64,000 bases of DNA from Cyanobacteria bacterium auto_48_18 (GCA_036170915.1 JAVHQC010000029.1:64001-128000), one strand, 5' to 3'. Positions 8,500-18,842 are shown, numbered from the stretch's first letter. The notes: generated from the letters alone by a model not told the origin. Numbers and translations: made by a program.

Positions 8500-10866
8500 T
8501 TGCCAGTGTCTCAAATGCTAAAACGGTCGATGACTAGCTCCCGCTTGGGTGACTTGCTTGTGCAGGCCGGCATTTTGACGCAAGCTCAACTGGCTGATGC
8601 TGCTCGCAGCGCCAAAAACAAGCGCATTCAAATCGGCCAGGCACTGGTGATGAATGGACTGATTTCGCCACGCGACCTTCAATCGGTGTTAGAAGCACAA
8701 TCGATGCTGCGTGATAAATCAGTAGAGTCTGCCGAAGCATTGCGCTGCCTGAAAATCGCTTACAAGCTTGGCGCATCTTTCAAGGATATTCTTTCAGAAT
8801 ATGTTTCACCAAAACGCAGTCAAACCAGCAAGCTTGGCGAGCTGTTAGTTGAGTCAGGCCTGGTTAGTTATGAAGTATTGGCCAAAGCGGTAGAGCAGAG
8901 CTATAGCACAGGCCTCCCCCTGGGTCGCATGCTGGTTTTACACGAAACTATCTCGAACGATTTGCTAACACTGGCACTAGATTTACAAGTGCGTGTGCGC
9001 GACGAAATGATGACAAGACAGGAAGCTCTTACAGCCATTCGCACCGCAGCAGGCCTGGCACCAATTGCACCAGGTGCAACCATAGAAACGGTCAAACCAG
9101 AAAAAGAAGCGCCGCGCAAAAAGGGCCTTCGTTTAGGCGAACTCATGGTCATGGCTGGAGTGCTTACCGAAACTGATGTAATGAATGCTCTCGAGTGGGG
9201 TCTGGTTAATCATCAAACTATCGGCAAAGTACTGATCAGCCAAAATCTGGTATCACAAGAACTTTTAGATGCTGCTCTGGCCATTCAAAAAATGGCCGAC
9301 CAGGAAAACTTTGAGCCCACCAAAGCCAGCGAGTGTCTCACTCGCATTCATGCCAGCGGCATTTCTCTCGACGAAGCGCTGGCTGAAATGAGGGCAGAGA
9401 AAACGGCGCAAGACACCACCGTCACTTACGAAAAACTCTTGATGCTGGCTCGCGTCATCAGTGAAGACGAACTGGAAACCGCATTTGATCTCAGCACAAA
9501 AAGCGCTACTGTGATTGGCAAATTTTTGGTACTGACCGGTCACATGGATGTCACTACCCTGCAGTCAACACTGCGTTGTTATCAGCTATTCTCGCGCGGT
9601 CTGCTCAGCCAGGACGACGCCGTGGTGACCCTCGATTATTCATTGCATCAAAGTTCTGAAGGACCAATGAAGTTTGATGATGCTTTGAAAGAATTGGGCT
9701 GGAATAAAGACCGCGGCCTGAGACTGAAAGGAGAACGCGCCGGAGTTGCTGATCTAAACGACCCCGCCGAAGCCGAGGCAAAAACTGCCGAAGATGCTGA
9801 CAATTCCAGAAGTACTGACTCGACTGATGAGCCTACCCAGGCGTTAGAAACTGGGTCAGCCGCAAACCCTGGTGTCACAAGTGTCTTATCGCCCAGCGAT
9901 TCAATGTCTGCTAACGATTTTGCCGCTAACTTCACTGACATTTTAGCCAAAAATATTGATTCAATTGCCGCACAAATTGCCACCGAAAAACCAATCGAAC
10001 CGCTTAACTTGGATGACGGCAAAGTTACAGTAATTCCTGCTGATATAGAACCGCTACTTGAAGATCCGGCCAGCATACCTGAGATGCCCGCCGATCAATT
10101 AGTATCTGATGTTGGTCTATCAGGTGTAGACGATGACGAAGCATCCGATTCTGATCAAGCTCAAACAAATGCTGACGCTAGTAAACCTAAAAAGCATGTT
10201 CAAACAATACAACCAGAAGATGCAAGAGCAACTCGCCTGGCTACTTTGATGAAAGGTCACAAACAAGGTGAGCGAGACATACTGGCCGGTTTCGATCCTT
10301 CCAGCGATCCGCCTGACGCTTTGCACAGAGTTTTCGAAAGGCTGGCCGCCAGTTACTTTACCCGCGGTAATTACCCACAAGCTCAAGTGATCTACGAAAG
10401 AATTCTTGTGCACCGATTGAACCAGTTAGGCCCAGGTAACACAGTGCTGGTAGCCGATTTGAACAATCTAGCTGGAGTGTTGGTGGCGCAAGAAAAATAC
10501 AATCAGGCTGAGCCTTTTATGCGCCGTGCCGTCACCATTCTTGAGTCAGTGAAAACGTCCGATCCACTGAAGGTTGCCGAAGCGCTTTCATTGCTTGCTA
10601 CTATTTATACACGTCAAGAAAAATTGGTTGAGAGCGAGCCACTTATTAAGCGTGCTCTGGTCATCAGAAAACAACATTTGCTGCCAGAACATCCAGATGT
10701 GGCACAGACGCTTTCAGACTATGCCAAACTTTTGCGCAAACTTAAACGCGACGACGAAGCCGAGCAAATGTATAAAGAAGCGCTGCATATTCTTTCTAAA
10801 ATTGAAGAAGCCGCAGAAGAAGACATGACAGAGTCAGGCAGTCACGAATTAGACTCTGAAAATTAG
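8500..10866 (+). CDS. Multi-MshEN-like repeat protein with C-terminal TPRs
   Basis: RLGDLLVQAGIL, KLGELLVESGLV and RLGELMVMAGVL motifs; kinesin-light-chain-type TPRs (LNNLAGVL, HPDVAQTLSDYA). Confidence 0.82.
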   Translation: MPVSQMLKRSMTSSRLGDLLVQAGILTQAQLADAARSAKNKRIQIGQALVMNGLISPRDLQSVLEAQSMLRDKSVESAEALRCLKIAYKLGASFKDILSEYVSPKRSQTSKLGELLVESGLVSYEVLAKAVEQSYSTGLPLGRMLVLHETISNDLLTLALDLQVRVRDEMMTRQEALTAIRTAAGLAPIAPGATIETVKPEKEAPRKKGLRLGELMVMAGVLTETDVMNALEWGLVNHQTIGKVLISQNLVSQELLDAALAIQKMADQENFEPTKASECLTRIHASGISLDEALAEMRAEKTAQDTTVTYEKLLMLARVISEDELETAFDLSTKSATVIGKFLVLTGHMDVTTLQSTLRCYQLFSRGLLSQDDAVVTLDYSLHQSSEGPMKFDDALKELGWNKDRGLRLKGERAGVADLNDPAEAEAKTAEDADNSRSTDSTDEPTQALETGSAANPGVTSVLSPSDSMSANDFAANFTDILAKNIDSIAAQIATEKPIEPLNLDDGKVTVIPADIEPLLEDPASIPEMPADQLVSDVGLSGVDDDEASDSDQAQTNADASKPKKHVQTIQPEDARATRLATLMKGHKQGERDILAGFDPSSDPPDALHRVFERLAASYFTRGNYPQAQVIYERILVHRLNQLGPGNTVLVADLNNLAGVLVAQEKYNQAEPFMRRAVTILESVKTSDPLKVAEALSLLATIYTRQEKLVESEPLIKRALVIRKQHLLPEHPDVAQTLSDYAKLLRKLKRDDEAEQMYKEALHILSKIEEAAEEDMTESGSHELDSEN

Positions 10867-10931
10867 TCTCTGAAAACTCGACCATGAAAATTCGACTGGC
10901 CCGGGAGATCGCTTTTTCGCCCCTTACGATT

Positions 10932-10979
10932 TTTTACAACTCATAAGTTGTAGCGCTATACAACTTATCGGTTGTAAAA
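10932..10979. repeat. Nested inverted repeat between convergent genes (possible bidirectional terminator or tandem binding site)
   Basis: 21-nt arms ttttacaactcataagttgta / tacaacttatcggttgtaaaa with 2 mismatches. Confidence 0.7.
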
Positions 10980-11028
10980 TTTCTTAGGCATTGAAAAACA
11001 AATCACCCGACCAAGCCAAAACACAAAA

Positions 11029-12081
11029 CTAATGCACAGCAGTAGCACCAGCCGACACAGCCATTAAATCTTCCACGCGCACAATAGTTTCTTCAATATC
11101 TTCAACAGTTAAACCAAAGTGGGTCACCGCTCTAATGCCGAGCTGACCTTCCACCGCCACGAGCACACCAACATCTCTCAATCTTCTTGCCAGTTCGGCC
11201 CGAGACAAATCATTGCGGTCACTTTCGAAAAACACCATATTGGTGCGATGTTGAGCGGGGGCCACTTTGATGCCTGGTATTTGAGCTAAACCATCAGCTA
11301 ATTGATTGGCCAGGGCGTGATCAAGATCCAGCCTTTCCACCATATTATCTAGAGCCCACAAGCATCCGGCAGCCAGTACACCAGCCTGACGCATGCCACC
11401 ACCAAGAGCTTTGCGAACACGCTTTGCTTTAGTAATAAACTCACGATTGCCGCAAATGATTGATCCAACAGGTGCGGCTAATCCTTTAGAAAAGCAAATC
11501 TGCACCGAATCAACGTGAGTGGTAAATTCTTCAATGCTGGCCAGAAGCACCCGGCTGGCATTGAACAACCTGGCACCATCAAGGTGAACCGCTAGACCAT
11601 TTTGTAGAGCCAGCTCTTTGACCATGCGCATGTAAGCGGGCATCAAAGGTTGACCGTTAAAAGTATTTTCTAGAGCAATTAGTTTTGTTTGTGTGCGGTG
11701 CGGATCATCATCGTTAATGCACAAATTGATTTGCTCGAGCGGTAAGGTGCCGTCAGATTCGTTGGCAATTGTGCGCAAGCTGACGCCTCCAAAAGCCGAG
11801 GCACCAGCTTGCTCCCAGATGGCAATGTGCGAGCGAGATCCTAAAATTACTTCATCGCCTCTCTGGCAATGGCTGAGTACCGCCGTGAGGTTGCCCATGG
11901 TGCCGCTGGCAACAAATAGGGCAGCGTCTTTACCGGTCAGCTGAGCGCACCTTTCTTGCAACAAATTGACTGTGGGGTCTTCGCCATAAACATCGTCGCC
12001 TAGCTCAGCCTTATACATGGCATCGCGCATGGCTTGCGGCGGTAGTGTAACTGTGTCGCTACGCAGGTCGATTTTGTTCAT
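11029..12081 (-). CDS. ltaE: Low-specificity L-threonine aldolase
   Basis: DLRSDTVT, GDDVYGED, SGTMGN, HLDGARLFNA, SKGL (PLP Lys) and GGGMRQAG. Confidence 0.95.
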   Translation of the reverse strand: MNKIDLRSDTVTLPPQAMRDAMYKAELGDDVYGEDPTVNLLQERCAQLTGKDAALFVASGTMGNLTAVLSHCQRGDEVILGSRSHIAIWEQAGASAFGGVSLRTIANESDGTLPLEQINLCINDDDPHRTQTKLIALENTFNGQPLMPAYMRMVKELALQNGLAVHLDGARLFNASRVLLASIEEFTTHVDSVQICFSKGLAAPVGSIICGNREFITKAKRVRKALGGGMRQAGVLAAGCLWALDNMVERLDLDHALANQLADGLAQIPGIKVAPAQHRTNMVFFESDRNDLSRAELARRLRDVGVLVAVEGQLGIRAVTHFGLTVEDIEETIVRVEDLMAVSAGATAVH

Positions 12082-12097
12082 GATTCACTCTTTAGAC

Positions 12098-13483
12098 TCA
12101 AACTTTAACGCCGAAGAAATGTCTGTGCAGCTGAATTACAGCGTTATCGGCATCTTCGTTGAGAACAAGAAAACTCAAATTGATTTCAGATGCACCACCT
12201 GAAATTACCAAAATGTTTATGTCTTTCATAGCCGAGAATACTTCACCGGCGATACCACTGCTACCGCGAAACTGCCGACCAACTACAGTGACAATAGCAG
12301 TGTTGTTCATCACTTTGATCTCGCCCCATTCGGCAAGATCTTCTTTGATGGCGGTGAGATTTTCGGTTGAGTCGATGGTGATTGACAGTGACACTTCAGA
12401 AGTGGCAATTAGATCGATTGATGTCTTGTGCCGATCGAAAACACTGAAGACTTTGGCAAGAAAACCGTGAGCCATAAGCATGCGCGGTGAGCTGATGAAT
12501 AATGCCGTGATATTTTTCTTCGATGCAATGGCGCAGATGCGCTGAGAGAGCGGCACATTGTCTGCTTCAAGCTCTTGCAGATTAGCCTGAATAAGCGTGC
12601 CTGAGCTATCAGGTCGCATCGTATTGAGCACTTTAACAGGAATATTTTTCTCCACCGCTGGCTTGATGGTCAACGGATGCAAAACTTTGGCTCCGAAATA
12701 AGCAAGTTCAGCTGCTTCCTGAAAAGTAACTTGCGAAATTACTTGAGCTTCAGGCACGATGCGCGGATCGCAAGTCATCATGCCGTCTACGTCGGTCCAA
12801 ATTTCAATGCGGCTGGCGTTAGCGGCTACGCCTAAAATAGATGCGGAATAATCTGAACCACCGCGACCCAGAGTAGTGGTGATGCCGTCTAAGGTTGAGC
12901 CGATGAAACCTTGAGTGATAACGGTGAAGCCCGCTTCAGTGGCTGTACCGATCACTGACTGGGCGCGCTTCTCAACTTCTGCCCAGAGCGGATTGCTCTT
13001 GCCGAAGTTATCGTCAGTAATTAGAACCTGACGCGCGTCTACCCATTTTACTTTCGAACCGCGACTGCTCGCATACTCGGCCAGTACGCGCGAAGAAAGC
13101 AATTCGCCGATTGATGACACCACATCTAGTGAACGCTTTGAGAGTTCGCCCAAATAGTTGATGCCGCGCAAAACTGATTCAAGCTCTGCCAGGTGCGGGT
13201 TCAGATCGTCAAGCAAGGCCTGGGCACGGTCAGCTTCGAGCAACCCTTTAACGGCATCAATATGCTTTTGCCTGATCATTTCAATCTGGGCTAGAGCACC
13301 ATCAAGGTTGCGAAGTACAGCCTGATTGGCGGCATCAATCAGAGCGTTGGTGACGCCTGACATTGCTGATACCACCACCAGTGGCGGTCCGTCTGCACTA
13401 TTGGCTTTCGAAATCAATGCGTACACTTGCTCAAAGCGCTCTTTCGAGCCCACTGAAGTGCCGCCAAATTTCATCACTATCAT
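12098..13483 (-). CDS. lysC: Aspartate kinase
   Basis: KFGGTSV, VVSAMSGVT, TTLGRGGSDYSA, FGAKVLHP and C-terminal ACT domains. Confidence 0.96.
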   Translation of the reverse strand: MIVMKFGGTSVGSKERFEQVYALISKANSADGPPLVVVSAMSGVTNALIDAANQAVLRNLDGALAQIEMIRQKHIDAVKGLLEADRAQALLDDLNPHLAELESVLRGINYLGELSKRSLDVVSSIGELLSSRVLAEYASSRGSKVKWVDARQVLITDDNFGKSNPLWAEVEKRAQSVIGTATEAGFTVITQGFIGSTLDGITTTLGRGGSDYSASILGVAANASRIEIWTDVDGMMTCDPRIVPEAQVISQVTFQEAAELAYFGAKVLHPLTIKPAVEKNIPVKVLNTMRPDSSGTLIQANLQELEADNVPLSQRICAIASKKNITALFISSPRMLMAHGFLAKVFSVFDRHKTSIDLIATSEVSLSITIDSTENLTAIKEDLAEWGEIKVMNNTAIVTVVGRQFRGSSGIAGEVFSAMKDINILVISGGASEINLSFLVLNEDADNAVIQLHRHFFGVKV

Positions 13484-13526
13484 TGAAGGAGACCTAATCT
13501 AACCTGTAGAGCGTTCTGTCTGGATA

Positions 13527-14843
13527 TTAACGTCTCCAGACGTCAGCGCCGAGATCACGTAGTCTTTCTTCGAGCTTGTCATAACCACGGTCAAGGTGGC
13601 TCAAACCAGTCACTTCAGTTACTCCATCAGCACCGAGACCGGCAATGATAAGAGCGGCTGCTGCGCGCAGGTCGCTTGATTTGACTTCAGCGCCCATCAG
13701 CTTAGGCACGCCTTTGACGATGGCCGAATTAGCTTTTAACTGAATGTCTGCACCCATTCTGCGCAACTCGCCCACTTGCATGAAGCGGTTTTCGTACATG
13801 GTTTCAGTCATTATAGAAGTGCCTTCAGCCACTGCCAGCACAGACATCAGTGGTGCCTGCAAGTCAGTGGGGAAGCCAGGATAAGGAACTGTGGTGACGT
13901 CAATTGCTTTCAGTCTACCCTCAACCTTGATCTTAATTGTGTCTGGTGCGTAAATGGAACACTCAGCGCCCATCTCATGAATTTTGCTGATCACTGCATA
14001 AATGTGATGAGCATTAGCACCATTGATGATGATTTCACCACCAGCAGCCATACAGGCATAGAGGAAAGTACCGACTTCCAGTCTGTCTGGAATGGTATCA
14101 ACTACGGCACCATGCATTTCTTCTTGCGGTACGCCATCAATAACGATTTGATAGGTGCCGGCACCAGTAATCTTGCCGCCCATGGCATTGATACAATCAG
14201 CCAGGTTAACAATTTCAGGGTCTTGAGCAGCATTCTCGATAATGGTCTGACCTTCAGCCAGAGCCGCTGCCATCATAATATTTTCAGTAGCACCATTACT
14301 TGGTCTGTCCAGGTAGATGCGCGCACCAGTCAATTTTGTCGCTGAAGCGTAAACATAACCATGGTCGATGCCAACTTCGGCTCCGAGTAATTTCAAGCCT
14401 TTTTCGTGCAAATCAATGCGGCGTTCGCCGATGGCACATCCGCCAGGCAACGAAACTTTTGCTTCGCGGCAACGAGCCAGAAGTGGCCCCAGCACAACAA
14501 ATGATGCTCTCAACTGACTGACGAGCTCGTATGGAGCTTCAATTTCGGTCAGGTTGGTGGCATCGATACTAACTTCGTTATTGCTAATTTCAACCACGGC
14601 GCCGAGGTGACGGAGCACATCAGCCATCATGTGCACATCGGTGAGGTTTGGCACGTTTCTTAAGACGGTAACGTCTTTAGCAAGAAGCGCTGCTGCCATC
14701 ATTTTCAGAACGGCATTCTTAGCGCCGAATATTCTGGTTTCGCCACGAAGCGGTTTGCCGCCGCGAATAATGATGCGCTCTTCGGCTTCTTGAGGGCCCT
14801 GTTTTGCTGGAGGATCGAGTCTGGTTATTTGTGGTGGTGTCAT
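13527..14843 (-). CDS. murA: UDP-N-acetylglucosamine 1-carboxyvinyltransferase
   Basis: GAKNA, LRAS, LPGGCAIG (catalytic Cys), PGFPTD, DLRA and LDRGY; alternative start at 14918. Confidence 0.97.
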   Translation of the reverse strand: MTPPQITRLDPPAKQGPQEAEERIIIRGGKPLRGETRIFGAKNAVLKMMAAALLAKDVTVLRNVPNLTDVHMMADVLRHLGAVVEISNNEVSIDATNLTEIEAPYELVSQLRASFVVLGPLLARCREAKVSLPGGCAIGERRIDLHEKGLKLLGAEVGIDHGYVYASATKLTGARIYLDRPSNGATENIMMAAALAEGQTIIENAAQDPEIVNLADCINAMGGKITGAGTYQIVIDGVPQEEMHGAVVDTIPDRLEVGTFLYACMAAGGEIIINGANAHHIYAVISKIHEMGAECSIYAPDTIKIKVEGRLKAIDVTTVPYPGFPTDLQAPLMSVLAVAEGTSIMTETMYENRFMQVGELRRMGADIQLKANSAIVKGVPKLMGAEVKSSDLRAAAALIIAGLGADGVTEVTGLSHLDRGYDKLEERLRDLGADVWRR

Positions 14844-15174
14844 GTTCCCTGCCGCTTTAATGATAGGGGAGCTTGATACGGCCCTCAAGGGCAGGCAGTC
14901 ACTCACGCATGGCTCCATTTAGCGAAGTGACTGGTTCGGTGGCAAACTACTGCTGTTGGGTAGAATAATTCGTTCACCAAGAGGCTTATTTTCCGCCTCT
15001 GTAGATACTCTACAACGGTCAGGTAAATACAATGTTAAGCGAATTCCACAAACCTTTTTGCGTTCTGTTACGTTTTAGCCGCATGCAGTGCTGGTCTTGC
15101 TCTAGAGGATTGAAAACAGTTATAAAGTAGGATGTTAAAGTGCGGTAAACTCTAGCTGCCAAGGGGAATTTTTC

Positions 15175-15555
15175 ATGTCATTTCGTCGCATTTTCGCAGT
15201 GGTGCTGAGCTTTTTCTCAATGGCGGTTTTTCTCGACGGCTGCGTCATGTCTGAAGAAATGAAGCGTATCGAGCAGGTTAAACAATCGCAAGATCGCAGA
15301 GCTGAAGCCGGCTCTACCAATTTGAACGGCGAGCAATTATTTTTCCGCAGCTGCAATACCTGTCATCCCAGTGGCAGAGCCAATATGGGGCCGAGCCTGG
15401 AATCGCTCTCTGAGCACTTTCCCGACGATGCAAAACTGAAAGCATATATTCGCAAAGGTTCGGGCATGATGCCGCCTCAGCCAAAAGATGTAATCAACGA
15501 TCAAGAGCTGGACAATCTAGTTGATTACTTACGCCATCTCACTTTCGATAAATAG
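15175..15555 (+). CDS. Monoheme c-type cytochrome, probable lipoprotein
   Basis: CNTCH heme motif, distal MMPP, lipobox-like FLDGC. Confidence 0.88.
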   Translation: MSFRRIFAVVLSFFSMAVFLDGCVMSEEMKRIEQVKQSQDRRAEAGSTNLNGEQLFFRSCNTCHPSGRANMGPSLESLSEHFPDDAKLKAYIRKGSGMMPPQPKDVINDQELDNLVDYLRHLTFDK

Positions 15556-15564
15556 ACAAGCAGA

Positions 15565-16170
15565 CTATTGCACTATTAGCATCTCTAAAAGCCAGATTAC
15601 TACTGCTAAGAAGAGCAGCAGCATGACGATACGCGAAAGCAATGCCGGGCTGGAAAGAATAATTGGCTGAATAGGCAAATACTTGATGAACACTTTAGCG
15701 ATGCGGTCGCGATCTGACAGGTAAATCGAAGTGATAATCAAGGGCCAGAGCCGCTTTTCACCCATGACCGGATGGTAGAGCACCAAAATTAGCTCAGGCG
15801 AAAGATATACTTTCGATACCTGTTGCCAGTTAACAGTTTTACGTTGTGGCCAGTACGGCCCGCGATATTTGATTCCGTGACGACTGAGCTGCAAACTTGA
15901 AGGCGTCAAATAGGGCCTGAGCCCAACCATAATCGACAAAGCCGCAATACCTAGGAAAAAACCCTCGATATTGATCAATAGTTTCCAGTCTTTGGCCAGG
16001 AGCAGCGGCGTCCAGCAATATTTGGCCAGACCGAGATAAGCAGAGGCAAGCACGAGACACATGAGCATTTCGCTCGGTTCTTTTTGTTCGACGAAGTTGT
16101 CTTGAGCCTCTCCTTCAGTGTCGGAAATGCCAATATCTGCGTAAGGATCATCTTCATCGGGCTGTGCCAT
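15565..16170 (-). CDS. Hypothetical membrane protein
   Basis: Three hydrophobic segments; acidic N-terminus. Confidence 0.7.
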   Translation of the reverse strand: MAQPDEDDPYADIGISDTEGEAQDNFVEQKEPSEMLMCLVLASAYLGLAKYCWTPLLLAKDWKLLINIEGFFLGIAALSIMVGLRPYLTPSSLQLSRHGIKYRGPYWPQRKTVNWQQVSKVYLSPELILVLYHPVMGEKRLWPLIITSIYLSDRDRIAKVFIKYLPIQPIILSSPALLSRIVMLLLFLAVVIWLLEMLIVQ

Positions 16171-16253
16171 AGAGCCTAGAGTAGCTTAATTTGGAAGCCA
16201 GTTACAAGTGGTAAAACCCGGTAAATTCAGGTGTTTTTACCGAGAGGTCAAAA

Positions 16254-17954
16254 TCAGCCGAACAGTTCTTTGCTGGCGATACCAGCACGCAAATTTACCT
16301 CGTCTTTAATTGCCTCTGGCGCCGTATTTAAATCTCCAATCCAGTCGAGATCCGCCACCGCTTTATAAAAGTCTGAGTCAAAGGCACGAGTGCGCACCAC
16401 AACCGGCATGGGCACTGCATAACCCAGCACTAGCGCTTGTTGTTTCGGGTCCATCTGGGCCAGCACAGTACGCAAAGTACTTGACCCTGATACTCCAGTG
16501 AATACAGCATCGATATCTTTTTCATCGTTGAGCAATGCGGTGACCCTGGTGCCGATTTGACTGAGCACTTCCGGGTCGATTCCTGATGGTCTTTGATCGA
16601 CAATCAAAAGAGTGACGAAATACTTGCGCATTTCTCTGGCGATAATACCAAATATGGTTTGCTTAGCCACCGCCGGCGAGAGAAATTTATGCGCTTCCTC
16701 TATCACTATCATTAGTTTGCGTGGGGGCGGAACTCGCTCAGGATCACAGACATAAAGCTCTGACTGGCGCACGTACTCGGCGTGAATGCGTCTGGTAATA
16801 ATGTTGGTGGCAAGCATGTACGAAAGCAAATTATTTTGCCGGCCAAATTCGAGCACCACATGTTTGCCGGCGGCGATTTGATCAAGAATCTCTTCTATAT
16901 AGTTATGACCAACTCGTGGTTTCAAATACGGTGTCTTTTGCACCACAGTGTTGAGCCTGCGCTGCAGTGTTTTTAGAGAAGTTGGATGCCCCTTAAAGTT
17001 CTGGCAAAATTCTTCAATTTCGTCACCAGACATATCGAGCAGTGCTGAAATCCAATCAGCCCCGTTCTTCTCTTTGAAAATGTAAGCATTTTCCAGTGAT
17101 GCTTCCGTTAAATTGAGCTCGTTTTTAAGTAAATCGAGATCTTCAATTTCAATCTGGTTATAACCAATGTTGAGTTCGCGTGCATCAGGAATGCCGCGTG
17201 CTCGCGAAGACTCTTTATCAAGCGAAAACACCACCACCTGTGAGCCAAAAAGCTGTTTCAAGCCCTTCACTCTTGGCGCTGATTTACTCTCAGACATAGC
17301 CTGCCAACCGTACTCATTGTGCATATCGAAAACCAGCACCGATGCCAGATCTTTTTTGATAATGCCGCTCAAAAATATGCGTGTCAAAAACGATTTGCCC
17401 GTGCCCGATTTGCCAAAAATGCCGTTAGAGCGTTCGATGAACCGATTGAGGTCCACGCATACCGGAGTTTCCATGTTCAGCGGTCGGCCGATATTAAAGT
17501 GAGTGTTGTGCGGATCGCTTTCGTCTTCTTCACCGAACACCAGAGCAAAGTCAGCCGAGTCAGCTTCATAGACTGGAGAAAAATGTGAGGGAATAGTCTT
17601 CACCGGCCGCAACTCACGGCCGTCGCCCTCGTTATCACCTTTAATCTTGCCTGTGCCCTGCTCGAGCATTAACATCGGTTGCAATTTAACTGTGCCGAAG
17701 GTGGTCATGCCAGAGAGTACCGACATGAGAAAAGGGTCGGTGCGAGGCGGGTTGAGCAAAATACTTTGATTGGCCGCTGACAGCGTGACGTCAGTGAGCA
17801 TGCTGAAAAAGCGCGAATTAGCGCCTTCCACCACAACAAAGCGGCCCACGCGCAAATCTTCTACACTTTGAGCGGTATCAAGCCTCATTTCCAGACCGGC
17901 TGAAAGCGAGCCCTGGATAATGATGCCCAGATAGTTTGGCTTCGATTCAGGCAT
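16254..17954 (-). CDS. HerA-like (DUF87) ATPase with N-terminal HAS-barrel
   Basis: Walker A GKSGTGKS, FDMHNEY, Walker B IEEAH, AREMRKY and DQRPS. Confidence 0.9.
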   Translation of the reverse strand: MPESKPNYLGIIIQGSLSAGLEMRLDTAQSVEDLRVGRFVVVEGANSRFFSMLTDVTLSAANQSILLNPPRTDPFLMSVLSGMTTFGTVKLQPMLMLEQGTGKIKGDNEGDGRELRPVKTIPSHFSPVYEADSADFALVFGEEDESDPHNTHFNIGRPLNMETPVCVDLNRFIERSNGIFGKSGTGKSFLTRIFLSGIIKKDLASVLVFDMHNEYGWQAMSESKSAPRVKGLKQLFGSQVVVFSLDKESSRARGIPDARELNIGYNQIEIEDLDLLKNELNLTEASLENAYIFKEKNGADWISALLDMSGDEIEEFCQNFKGHPTSLKTLQRRLNTVVQKTPYLKPRVGHNYIEEILDQIAAGKHVVLEFGRQNNLLSYMLATNIITRRIHAEYVRQSELYVCDPERVPPPRKLMIVIEEAHKFLSPAVAKQTIFGIIAREMRKYFVTLLIVDQRPSGIDPEVLSQIGTRVTALLNDEKDIDAVFTGVSGSSTLRTVLAQMDPKQQALVLGYAVPMPVVVRTRAFDSDFYKAVADLDWIGDLNTAPEAIKDEVNLRAGIASKELFG

Positions 17955-17963
17955 TTCTATGGG

Positions 17964-18236
17964 CTAGGCTTTAGAGTCAAAGCCAATCGCCGAAGCAAAT
18001 ACATTGATGGCGCTGATGCGATCCTCGCCTACATACTCTTCTCGTCTGACAATGTCGCTTTCGTCAGCGCCGCGATATTCAGTGAGCGTGTAGACAATCG
18101 GCTCGTGCAGGCTCTTTTCTAAGCGATAGAGGTTACCGTTCACACCGTCAGCGCCAATCAGCCCCCAGACACCGTCAAGTGCTTTGACAATATCTTCCAT
18201 AGTGTGTGGCCACTGAGCCCGTTTAACTATCATCAT
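17964..18236 (-). CDS. Small hypothetical protein
   Basis: 90-aa ORF ending 9 nt before the HerA-like start, GGAG upstream. Confidence 0.7.
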   Translation of the reverse strand: MMIVKRAQWPHTMEDIVKALDGVWGLIGADGVNGNLYRLEKSLHEPIVYTLTEYRGADESDIVRREEYVGEDRISAINVFASAIGFDSKA

Positions 18237-18355
18237 CTTTCTCCATCCGACCCTTAGCGATTCACAAACAGAACTAACGAGAAACCTGGACGACCATCAT
18301 ATATCAATGATATGACCGGTACGGTTTATCGTGGAAGCGCTTAAGAAAAAAAATT

Positions 18356-18437
18356 TGTCCGGAAAGGGACTTGAACCCTCAAGGCTTGCACCACACGCAC
18401 CTCAAGCGTGCGCGTCTACCAATTCCGCCATCCGGAC
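18356..18437 (-). tRNA. tRNA-Leu(GAG), CCA not encoded
   Basis: Minus strand GTCCGGATGGCGGAATTGGTAGACGCGCACGCTTGAGGTGCGTG...GGTTCAAGTCCCTTTCCGGACA: acceptor stem GTCCGGA/TCCGGAC, anticodon GAG, long variable arm, T-loop GTTCAAG. Confidence 0.96.
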
Positions 18438-18842
18438 ATTCCTCTGCAACTGCTCACCGTCCAGATTGCTCTGGAGAACTTTTAAACCAATAGCCAAATT
18501 GAGGTATCGGCGGCCACTGGTCGAAAAATAAGGTGAATTTTTCAGTTTAGGATACTTGAGCCCTGAGGCCCAAGGTTCACTAGTTCATCATGCGCAAGCG
18601 GTCACTGTCAATACTGCGGAACTTTCGCCGATCACTTTGCGTCCCCTGCATTTAGGCCTGTTGAACCCGTCCAGCTGCCGCAGCATAGGGTTTGAACAAT
18701 GGTTAACAGAAGTAAAACTAACGAGAAGCCAGTAACAGTCAGGGTTTTCACTAGAGAATTTATCTGTGGCATACATAAAATAGCTCAAACTGGGCATACA
18801 GAAAATAATTCGCGAAAAGTCCAAAACCGGGAATTTCACTTA

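Noticed and set aside
18240..18360. tRNA 3' end as an integration site
   Set aside because: No integrase, and I did not notice a duplicated tRNA 3' end in the window
18331..18531. 66-aa plus-strand ORF
   Set aside because: Overlaps tRNA-Leu antisense; spurious
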